Shown piece by piece: positions 52,601 to 64,000 of a stretch of 64,000 bases of DNA. How positions within the stretch are numbered: position 1 is the first letter of the stretch; each line of letters begins with the position of its first letter. The translations under genes and the position numbers were made by a program. The stretch is taken from positions 985,214-1,049,213 of the forward strand of contig JAQGDQ010000033.1 of assembly GCA_030141605.1 (NCBI GenBank). Reading direction: 5' to 3'. The notes below the pieces were generated by a model. It saw only the letters and a list, made by a program, of their open reading frames with translations. It was not told where the DNA came from and searched no databases. The DNA comes from Tubiluchus corallicola (Eukaryota > Animalia > Priapulida).

Positions 52601-55600
52601 AGATGAATAGATATGTTAGGGTGCAAAAAGTGCATATTTAAATACATGTACTATATTATTTAAAAACAAGTGCATAAGTGTTCTTTAAACACAGATATTT
52701 GGTAGTAAAGCAAATAATACAGCACCTATGCACTCAATGAGCTGGAGCTATTTCTAGACGAACAGGAGTCATATGCTTTATTAATTATCTACATGGTAGT
52801 AAATGACCAAAAAAAAAACAGATTTCAGTTTATTAGTTTATTAGTATAGTTATTTTGGGCACTTTTGTTTTGAAATGTAAGTTGAGCTGTTTCTAACATC
52901 AAAGTTTATAATATTTTGTAAATTGCAAAGTATAACCTATAAATTAAGTTAAATCATCTAATGTAAGCAATAAAAAAGGATTTAATAAGGGCAAATATAA
53001 AAGGCACATAGACTGTAAACAAAGTAAGACTACGAAATGATCCAAGAAGGACTTGTAGTAAAAATGTCAGAAGAAAGATTGGCTGAAGTCTGATACCCAA
53101 AAGACCTGTTTACCCAACTGTAAAAGAAACAAGTGCCCCACATACTGTACTTTTAAATAAAATAAAGCTAAACTGATGAATCATACTTTAAACATTTTGT
53201 GTCTGGCAACATGCCAATAATATCAGACATTTGCTTTAAAAACACACATATGGAGTCACACGCACATGAATAATAAATACTCTAACTCTCAATCTGGAGC
53301 CATGAAGCAAATGCATTTTCTTGGTCATGTGCCATAAATATATCAAGCAAGTGGCAGATGTTTTCAACACTGAAAGCAGCCTGTAAAAGAGGAAGACTTT
53401 TTATCCATTCCACATTTTAGTGGAATGTAGGATGAATAAAATTATTTGCCAACGTGATGAAAATTCTACATTTTTACACATTTCCTATAAACATTTGTTT
53501 GTGAAACCTTACTCATTTATAGCTTTTTTGTTACATATGGCTTTTGATAAAACAACTTATTACTAATTACGATAGAACTATCCTGCGAATTCTGTAGAAC
53601 TACATGCAATGTTGATTCTTTTATTTCATATTTTAAACATCTGTTAAATGTAATAATCTTACTCTAGATAAGAAATAGGATTTAAAATGGTTTTGACTGG
53701 TCTTTTTACAGTTTATTCTTTTTAAATAGTCATGACTTTTATTAATAATGTAAACTCACTGTACTCAGTGTTCTGCAATATGATTGCTAATAAACCTTAA
53801 ACTTACTAACTCACTTACTTACTATGCACAATTTTCCAGTCTGCAAAACATCTAGATTTAGAATATGATGTAACATAACACATGTTTGCAAATTTTAATG
53901 TAAATTAGCAAATGTACATGTTTAATCACAATTAAAAAAGTTGAATATATATATATATATATGATTAACGACTGAATATAAAACTCACAGCTGTTGAACC
54001 AGTAAATGCTACTTTATCTACATCAGTGTGTGTGGCAAGCATACTTCCAAATGCACCACCACCCGTCATCACATTGAACACACCAGGAGGCAGACCTGCT
54101 TCAGCACAAATTTCAGCTAATAACAATGCTGTCAGCCTATAATTTAAAATAAAACCTATTAGTAAAGCAATAGAGCAGATATAACTGTCAAGTTCAAGTA
54201 TCAGATTAAAGATCTTGATAGGTAAATGAGCGCTCTTTTCATATGGCTAGATTAATGCATTTATTTTGTTTTTTCCAGGAAAACCTACACCAAAAACCAT
54301 ACAAAATACTTTTCAGTTTAATGTATGCAACTCTTCAATACAGAAGCACAATTTAAGGAGCATTTGTAACTGTAAATCATCTAAATCAAAAAGTAAAACA
54401 ATGCAGGTAGCATTGTGTATCATAAATGTGAGATTATGTAAATTACTGCCACTGAAGTTTAAAAATACATTTTAATGTAGTGGTAAACATACTCTATCAA
54501 AAAGTGAATTCAAATCGAATTGAATTTGCAAGTTTCGAACGTGAATCAAACCAAGTTTCAGCATTTTTGGAGTGGGAATCGCATTCGAATTCTGTTTCAA
54601 ACATTTTCGAATCACTAATAAAAAGCGTTCTCACAAAGATGATGCATATTACTTGATTTTGTTCTGCAGTAAAAAAATTAATAATTTGTTTGGAAATTGC
54701 TCACACAAACTATAGCTGAGTTATGCTGACTGCATGATGTTTCAAACGTGTAATGATAATGTGTAGCTGAATTATTTAAATATATAATTTCAGATTCCAA
54801 TTAAATTCGAACTAAAAAAACTCGTTCAAATCAAATGTGACCCTAGGCTCACCTTTATTGTCATGTGAAGTGTCAAAATACTTTTAACTATAAAACTGCC
54901 CCCAAACCTTTCTACTACATCCTTGAACTGCTTACTGAAAAGACTGTGTCTTTCAAGTGAACACCCTAAGCAAATGTGCAGGAAAATGGTGTTTTGAACA
55001 CATATAGCTTTAGAATTTGGCAAATTCCAAACCTTGTATATGTAGCTGGTTTCAGCACAACTGTGTTGCCCATTGCTAAAGCAGGACAGATCTTCCATGT
55101 AAGAAGCATGATTGGAAAATTCCAGGGAACAATTCCAGTAATGACACCTATACATCATCATACAAATGATACATTTGCAACAAACATAAGTAATGGACTG
55201 ACAATTAATTTTACCAAAATATATTTGCATAAGGATTACAACACCAAATGCTAATTGTTAAATTGCAAAAAACATATAAAATGTATACATCTTACACCTG
55301 AGAATTCTCACTGACTGCAGCCACACTTTGTTTCATGTCTCACAGTTAAGATAACTAAGAGACAAACATTCTAGGCTTTATTCACTCACTAAAAAACTAC
55401 AAAAATTTTTGCGGCTTGTCAAGTTACAGAACGGATTCAGACAGAATTATTTACCTCTGAAAATCTTTTTGTGACAAGTCCATTTGATCATTTATAAGTT
55501 AGTGAATCATAATTTGTAAATGGTATCTAATGGACTTGGCATAAAAAGATTTTAAGAGACAAATATTTGAATCTTACAAATTACAATTGAAATGTAAGTG

Positions 55601-58600
55601 CAAGTACGATTCTAAAAACAAACCAATTGGCTTCCAGTTGGCCATTTCCTCTTCCATAAGCTGAGCCCATCCTGCATGGTGATAAAAATGCCTTGCAACC
55701 AATGGAATGTCACAATCTCTCATTTCGCGAAATGACTTTCCATTATCAAGACTTCCAATGACACTCAGAAGTCGTTGATGTTTCTGAACGTGGCGTGCAA
55801 TGCTGAAAATCCACATTTAATAGCACTTAATAAACTGAAAGTTAATGCATGCAAGACGTCATTATGCAAAAACATGAATATTTCTAAAATATGGCGAAAA
55901 GAGAATCAAAGACATCTCGCAACATGATTCACACTGATATACTTGCATGGGTGCTAAATTTCTTCTCATGATCATGTCCTAAAATAGTTTGTGTTAATGT
56001 ACCTCTGGGGAATTGTTCAGAGATTATAGAAAGTTAAAAGGAAACTAACTGTTGATGACTCGTCGAGATTGAATGATCTTTGATATACATTATGCTTATT
56101 TACAATTACTTTTTATAAGAGAATAGCAGAAAAAATTGTCCAAGCTTGGAACTCTGAAAAGCAAAGCAATATTAAACAAAACAATTTTAAAATCTGGATT
56201 TGAAATAATATTTACCTGTACAGATATCTAGCTCTCACATGACCTGGTAAGGTGCTCCAGGTTTGGAAAGCTTTTCTTGCAGAAGCAACAGCTTTGTCTG
56301 CGTCCTCTTGAGTTCCATTCACAGTTTTAGCTAATCCCTCACCGGTTGCAGGACACTTAGTTTCATAAAATTTTCGGCCATCTGGTAGGTACCACTTATT
56401 GTCAATGAAGTGCCCAAATGTTCCATTGTTATGGTCAGCCAACCATTTCTGTTAAAGTAGCCACTGACATCAATATTTAACATAGCCAACACAAATAACA
56501 ACAAAGTGGAAAAACAGAATTTTGTAAAATTAAAAGATATTTACAGGTTATTTTGTTACAGGTTTAACTGAAAATGTAGAGTACATTGACTCCAGAAATA
56601 AACTCGGAAAGAAACAGACAAGATTATGCTCTTGAAAAACGAATTGAACAATCTTTTTTGCGGACATATTTCTTTCAAGAAACACAAGTAATTTGTGTAA
56701 ATGTAAATCAGAAGCAGGATTAAGCTGAGCTATTTCCGTTTATGCATCGTGAAGTGTGCAGTACAATTTTACCTTGATTTAAACAGCACTTTATAAAGTC
56801 TGGTAGTTTCTGCTTAATAAAACTCCCAGAGTCTTAATAACAGTCTTAATAAACAGCATTCATATTATGTTGCAGCTGATGTTAAGCATATGCAATTGCT
56901 AAAATACAGTATATAAACATTACACCTTAAATATCATGTCACATACTTGTCACTGTTGTTAACTATACGTGACCTTTACATAAATTAATGATCTGTTTCC
57001 TAAAAAGGTGTATTGTCTTTCAATTTCAATTAGTTAGTTTTATCACTCTTGTCAGTTAAATGTATATTCAGCTTTATTTTTCTTAATACAGATCGTTTCA
57101 CATAATTATAAAGAATAAAGTATATTCTGGTGATGGTTCTGTTCATTTAAAAAACTTTCGTGCGTTACTTTGCATAATAGGTTTACATCCAGTTCTGCGC
57201 GCTATCGTTTTATTATAGTTTAACATGATACGAAAATATCCGACTAAGTTATGTGCTGGCAAACAATTAATCAAGCAAGTGAAACAGCACAATTGTATCT
57301 AGAGTGCAAACAATGTCAGTGTTTTTTGCTATTTTTGACTGTACTGCTATTTTCATTGATATGTTTCGACTCGATACAATTGAATTTCGATTTTCATGTG
57401 AAAGCTTTTTTCAAATTATGCGACTATGTTTTTTGGTTTGGTAATCGTATTTACTCTTCACTACCGAGGCACTGTACAAGTTGGATATTCTATGCACTGT
57501 ACAAATTGAAACGGCATAAATATTAGGATTTTGGTAATCTCAGTCACAAATTTCTACAAGAAACTTCTTTTACTTACTTTTGCAGTTTGTACCATTTTCA
57601 TGTACTATGTGGCACATGAGTAGAAGAAACCTTCATCACATGAAGCAATGCATGAGCTTGCATTAAGGAAGCCAAAGATAATGCATCTTTCCATTAAGCA
57701 ATGCTTGGAAGTGGCGCTGACAAGGCACTGGCATAGATTATGTCTGGTCTTTTGCTGGATTACTGATCTTGAAGGCAAATTTTTCTTAGAATTCTACCCC
57801 TCCCAATGTCTACAATTGACATAATGGGCATATGATGACGATGAGTCAAGTTAAGAAAAATTTGGAATTTTAATCTCAGACTATTTTTTCGATTTTATTC
57901 AGATTTGCAGGAAATGCACCTGGATTCGATTATTGTGCAACAAATATTTGTACTTTAAGCACGTCTATAGTATGACTTAGAATACAGTGGTTCCATTTTC
58001 ATTGGACAATTAAAGATATACTCCAACTGTAAGTGTACATAGCCAAGACTAACAGAAGTTGATTGATGAAAATGCAGTGTGGTTATAGCAAAACAATTGC
58101 TTCAACTTTCAGCGTGACTTTGAGTGAAGGTGATGGATCTAAGAATGGGGACTTAAAATTCAACTATTTATTTTTAGACACTACTGAAGCTATCACAAAA
58201 AACACTTTCTTTTTTCATTTTGTTATTGATTTTGTTGTCTATTACTGGAAAATATGGTCTTATTAAATGTTGCGCTGGTTTTAGTATCAATTTTTTTTAA
58301 CAATTTAGCTTTTTATTGTAGTAATTCAGGACCGTGCCTAAATGGTTTTGAAATGCAGCTAGTCATCTTACCCACTATTTTATTAAGCAGTGGCTACTGC
58401 ACAAATTAGTAGTCTCACAATGCAAACAGGAGTCTGACTATAATGATAAGTTTGGCAATGACTATAATATGGATTAGCTAACAAGTTTATCAGAGCCAAT
58501 TTGCCCGGCAAAATTTATCTATGAATCAGTCAATTGTGTTTCAGTATCTGACAGCGTTGTTGATTAATACCAACCGTTTCCAGTTGTTAATTCTTTTTGA

Positions 58601-59604
58601 TAGACAGTTAAGGACTTTTATTTATAATAATAATTATATGTTGTTCAATGCTTACACGACTTAAAGGTTCACTGACACCCTGGGAAACACTTGGTGTTAG
58701 AATTCACTTCTAGCTAGCGAAATATAAGTAAACAGGTTTATTTCTTTATAAACTTGTGTGTTTAGCTCTGGTTAGCACTGAAACACTTCAAATTTAGTGG
58801 CGAAGAGAGACATTTTGCGAAAAAGGGAAAATCAGGGAAGAAAGCAGAAATGACCCTCGCTGTATTTATATGTAGGCAAACTCAAATGGTAATAGAGGGA
58901 TTGGGGCATATGAGTGATTTGGTCGATAATCATATTAAAAATAGCATTAATAATATATTGTTACTTATTATTCATTTAGCTTAAAACCATTATTATGGCC
59001 TTACAGGTACATGCAATTTTGCTTATTTTCCTTTTTAGTGTCACTATTGCATAGCCAAAATTAATTTGTTTGCTATTAGGCTTTTAATTAGTTAGTTTTA
59101 CCCATAGAATTCTTTATTAATTTTGTTTTCACTTTGTTTTACGTAAATTTGCATAATTTTATTTACTATAATTGTTTGCCATCAATTTAATTTTGATCTA
59201 TTCCTATTCTATTCTTTATTTTGTTCTAAAAGTAATATTAATATTTGCTCGCCATGCTGAAATTAGTAGACTCATTATTTAGGGATGGCAGACTAGATCC
59301 ATCCGGTCCTTCTATAAGCTTTGTAACTCATTGTTATATGCTATCTATGATTGTTATTCTGAAGGCAAAAATCAATAAATAATTATTAATATTAATTATT
59401 ATACTTTTTATAAATTCAATGGTAATAACTTTTGCCAATTGTAGTTAAGCCACGTAAGCCTTAAACAACAAATAAGACACTAAGTACTCTCTAGTTCAGA
59501 CTTGCCTTCGCTGCATCTGGACTTTCAGGTGCAGGACCATAACTCATGGTCTCGAAAATGTCTGAAATTGAATTTTCTTGCTTGACCGCTGCAGAGGCCG
59601 CCAT
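45216..59604 (-). CDS. ALDH16A1: ALDH16-family aldehyde dehydrogenase (full ALDH plus extra C-terminal Rossmann-like domain), about 829 aa, catalytic residues intact
   Basis: 15 exons: 59604-59506, 56448-56216, 55802-55624, 55147-55033, 54136-53989, 52364-52212, 51757-51560, 51220-51116, 49021-48779, 48440-48283, 48025-47858, 47527-47323, 47238-47053, 46454-46356, 45416-45216; sum 2490 nt, in frame. Motifs: [60 protein letters not shown]; second domain [30 protein letters not shown]. Confidence 0.93.
45670..46140 (-). mobile_element. 3' fragment of a non-LTR retrotransposon (CR1/L2-like ORF2 C-terminus), degenerate
   Basis: [58 protein letters not shown] resembles the post-RT cysteine-rich tail of LINE ORF2; followed by AATAAA and an AT-rich tail. 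Confidence 0.75.
49540..49935. repeat. Low-complexity (TGGTG/GTT)-rich and (CAT)n tracts; similar tract at about 50760-50920
   Basis: Direct reading; these tracts generate the spurious poly-His/Met/Ile ORFs. Confidence 0.9.
54478..54845 (-). mobile_element. Older, diverged inverted copy of the hAT MITE at 59745-60119
   Basis: Colinear with the reverse complement of 59745-60119 (e.g. ACAAAGAT.ATGCATAT.ACT.GATTTT, TGCATGATGTTTCAA, TTCGAACTAAAAAA.CTCGTTC). Confidence 0.8.
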
Positions 59605-59744
59605 ATTGGCATGTTCAATAAGACTTGCCAGACATATCACATCGAGAAAAAGCTACATGTTCTCATTCTTTACGGCTAATAGTAAATAACTAGTTCTAAT
59701 AATTATAGTTGTCTCTAATTTTTACAAAATACATGCATAAACGA

Positions 59745-60119
59745 TAGGGGTGAGCATCGAACGTTCGAGTTCGAAAGTTCGAATCGAATTCGAACGAGTT
59801 TTTTAGTTCGAATCCAAAACTATAGATTCGAATAATTCAGCACTTCAATCACACATGTTCTTTATCACTAAAACGATTGAAACATCATGCAATTAGCATA
59901 ATTTAGCTGTGATTTCTGCACACAATTTTAAAGAAATTACTAGTCGTTTTATTACAGAAGAAAATCTAGTGATATGCATGATCTTTGTAAGACTAATTTT
60001 TGCTGGTGGTTCGAAAATCTTTCGATCTCAATTCGAATTCGAAACACTGAAGTTCGGTTCGATTCGAAAGTCACAAATTCGGTTCGAATTCGCTTTCCGG
60101 TAGAGAATGTTCACCCCTA
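59745..60119 (+). mobile_element. hAT-like MITE with TTCGAA-rich subterminal repeats and a perfect 8-bp TSD
   Basis: ATAAACGA|TAGGGGTGAGCAT ... ATGTTCACCCCTA|ATAAACGA. Confidence 0.9.
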
Positions 60120-63100
60120 ATAAACGAAAATAAAATTTTAGTATAAAACAGATAAGACAAGGGTTGACGAAAAGGCCAACCATCATCATGTCAGCCACCC
60201 CTTTCTCAAATTAAAATAAAACTATTTCGCAGAATAAAATTTTCATATTTCTTTTGCGTTTATTCGGTAATTTGCTGATGTTTTTATTTACCGTGAGAGA
60301 GAAATGAGTTAAAATCGTGAGCTCGCGGCAAAGCGGCAGCGCAATGTGCGAGCTTAGTGGGTAACTATAACAATAAAATTTTCTTTGTAGATTCTACAGC
60401 TATACACTTTTGTTTTGTTTTTCTATATATAAATTAGCACTGAAAGTAAATAAAAAGTATGATCTCTGGTGTAGCTAATATCAATAGGTCCCGACGTGAC
60501 TTACGACTATTCTACGACGAATCATATCCGTAATGACCGAGAATGACACAAACTAACATGTAAATGTTATCATATGCAAATACAAAAGAGATGATTAATA
60601 CGTTAAGCCAATATGCATAATTATGAAACATAGAAATGTTTTCATGGCTTATAATTTATCATCTATAGTGTGCACGCTGCTTTCAAAATTGTAATACAAA
60701 CGCCTTTGGGTTCATATTACCTAAAACAGTAACTGTGAAAGTTACAAAAATAATTTGGTAACAACTAACAATCAAGTTTTATTCACAAATCACAAAACAA
60801 CGAAAATATTTTTGTACAGACAAAAATTTGCTTGACGTAGAGTTGCATTCTAATAATAGTAATTATAATGACGACTATAAACAGCACAATTATCAAAACA
60901 GAGTGAAAATTATGCAAAATACAATACTTTGTTTACCTACACTTAACAAGAGTTATAGCCAAATGCAACCAATAACTCCAATTTCAATCATGGTATACTT
61001 TTAAGTGTAATTAACCTCAAGTATAATAGATTTTGAACATAAGCAAGATCAAGTATTGTAATTTAAATGAGAGACAAGCTAAACGTCTCAGACACAAAAT
61101 TTTGTATTTCAGTACCATTATTGAGCTATAGGCAAAATGCACTGCAAACATAAAAAACAACTGTTTTACTCTCATTTTAACAGCAATCGCAGATATTATA
61201 CATTTATCTTTATCATAATCAGTACCAAGTAAAAATTCTAACAACACTTAGTCTTGGGTGCACAGTTTTATATAACTACATTTTTTATATACAGTTAAGT
61301 CAAGTTTGGGGACATACTTTTTACGTAATAATATTCAGTTTTTAAAGTGCAAATAAATGAAAAAAATTACAATTCTAGCAAACAGACAAAGTAAGGCACA
61401 TGTCATTAATTATAGTCAAGAACCATTTAAATTCATATAAAAATAATAAAGCGAATACTAATAAAGTAAGCAAGCTTGATAAACAAATTTTTGAATCACT
61501 ACAAAAAACTTGATTAATCTTTGGAGTTGATATCACGAAAATAAGCCATTGTGTTTTTGTTCTTTTATACCACATTACAGATACTTATTTCTGCTAGCAA
61601 AAATCATGTCTAATAGATCAGCAGAAAGTGTGGTTCCACTCTTACAGTGGCATGTAAAAAAGTCCAATGACCTCAGCAAATAAATAAATCTAAGAAAGCT
61701 TACAAGCACTAATGACTGGAACTGATTATTACAAATACAAAAATTCCATATTATCATCTATTATTATACATATAGTTACATATAGTTAATATTACTTAGA
61801 TGTTATAAATTTACACTATAAAGAAATATACTTTAGACAATTAAGACAAGTATGCACTAACGTAAATATGAAAACATCAAATCATTCAATTAGTAGACTA
61901 CAACTTAGCAAAAAAGATCTACATTTAAATTTAGTAAAAAAATTATTACAATTTCAGATAAGTTACTGGATAAATGAAAAATAAAAACCCAGTTAACACT
62001 AACAAGTCCCAAGCAATTTTTTTCAAGAGGAGTCAGGTTATTATAACATTTTGCAAGCAAATCAAGAAGTTACTGGGTACTGGGTATTCGCATGAAAACA
62101 GGAAAATATCATTTTCTCAATGTTTGCATGAGTAAGATGGTTAAACAGGTCAAGCTACTAGGATGATAATGGGGACACACTACTGGATGGTAATGTCTTA
62201 GAAACCTGGCAAGCGGAAATGCTATGCAAAACTACTTGTATCAACTATTACACAAATGAGGAAAATGTAACGTAAATAACTTTTTCCCTACATGCTCCAA
62301 TGACAATACTTGACTAAACAATCCTGTAATTAATTCATCACCTGTTTTAGGCATTTTAGCCTAAAGTAAAATCAAATATAACTAGTTATCATCCCACATT
62401 AGACTACAACAAAGAATTAGTTCCATAAAATATCTACACACACATATACAAGTGAAAACCATATACCATATACATATTACCCTGGGTGTCCAGCACACGG
62501 TTTTGTAAAGACTGTGTACTTTTCAGTTTTGTAATGATTACATTTTTTGACACTTGATATTTCATTAACATAATGACCTGTGCTTTTATACTATTCACAA
62601 ATAATAATGAATTAGTCTTAGAAGACGAAAGTATGTGCAGTCCAATGTAGTAGTCGCCGTTTAATAAATCCACTAATAGACCAGCAATAAGTAGCCTTAA
62701 TAAACGACAGTTAAATTATGCGGCTGTCTGTCATAAGTGTGTGAATGTATTTGGTAAAATACAGTAAGTAACCACTTAACCCTAATTAAAATGTTATGCA
62801 CATATCCACAAGATGTTCACCAATGCTAACTAAATGCATCACCTTTACCAATTTTGTAAAACATGTACTGGCTGTCAATTTTAGGTACATGTAGTTAATT
62901 CTCTCATCCTTTTTTATAAGAAATGCATACACACAAACTTATGCATTTAGTCTAATTTCTTTTAAATTATTTTATTTAATCCAAAATTTAGTCCATTTGC
63001 CTGACACAATTTAACACATTACACACAAAAACTTTGCTTACAGGCTTAAGTAGACATACTGCAGTCAGCTGAATCACATGCATACGGAATGAATCTACCG

Positions 63101-64000
63101 TACAAGTTTATTAAATAGACTAAAATGTACTTTAGCAGCTGTACATGCAGGGCAATTATGCTGGAACAGTAGACTTTAACTTCAGTGTGATTTTGACTAA
63201 GCAGAGGTGAATTTAGGAAACTGGACTTAAATTTTAATTGCGTATCTTAAAAATAAGCAATTAATAAAAAATATATTTTATTTTTTCATTCTGCTATTGT
63301 TTTTGTCATATAATACTGAAAAAATTTAGTCTAATTAAAAGGCACATTGGTTCTATTATCCGAATTTTCTTAACAATAATTTCTATGGGGGTAATTCCAG
63401 ACAGTGCCTAAATGGATCTAGAATGTAGTTGCTTTTTATCGGTGCCTTTACCAAGTGGCCACTACTGCATAATGAATGCTTACTAATGCAAACCTCCACA
63501 ATACAAATTTTGGATAATCTTGAACACTTTTTTTAAAATTAATATTATCTGTCCTGACAGACGTATTTGCAACTGACAGATGTATTTGCAAGTAGGACAA
63601 TTTTTGTTCAATAAGTTCTTGTAGACTTAAATGCCCTTTACATAATTTTAAATTTTTGCAAGTTAAAAAATTCATGTAAACCTTATATCGCCTGCCTAAG
63701 TAAAATATGATCCAGTAATTAGAACAGCAACAGCCATAGAACAAAGCCTAGAAAGTGCATATGAAAAAACACTGCAGTCATTGTGACCACATAAAAAATT
63801 CCAAGAATTAGATTAATCTATTACTTCTTCAATCAATCCTGTCATCATTAGTTTCATGACAGTAATAGTGCACTGAGATCACAGAAGTTTCTGCTTATAT
63901 GCAGTTCCTGCACTACAAGTACAAAGACTAGAAAAAGCAAGCAAAAAACCGAAAGTAACAAGAGCTTGTTTGTTTCGATATTACATTCTAGCATTTTTGT

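Noticed and set aside
1-64000. CRISPR arrays, operons, rRNA or intact tRNA genes
   Set aside because: Eukaryotic spliced genes throughout; no regularly spaced repeat-spacer array, and the tRNA-like pieces lack full cloverleafs.

Overview
AT-rich, intron-rich eukaryotic (invertebrate animal-like) genomic DNA. I reconstructed the gene models by hand from splice sites and reading frames. From left to right: (1) a + strand CUT-class transcription-factor locus (5' end unresolved) with three CUT domains and a terminal homeodomain exon. It is followed directly by a chain of exons for an AT-hook and nine zinc fingers, which has no visible start exon and is in phase with the last CUT exon. (2) A 10-exon-position thymidine phosphorylase gene (-) with two equal-length paralogous copies of exon 4. 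(3) A UFSP1-type Ufm1 protease (+). (4) A class A GPCR pseudogene (-). (5) A 15-exon ALDH16-family aldehyde dehydrogenase (-) with intact catalytic residues. Introns and spacers carry several MITEs (two with perfect 8-bp TSDs), tRNA-derived SINE-like relics, a LINE 3' fragment and microsatellites. Top leads: a CUT factor with a swappable DNA-binding tail (homeodomain vs AT-hook/zinc fingers), and mutually exclusive active-site exons in thymidine phosphorylase.
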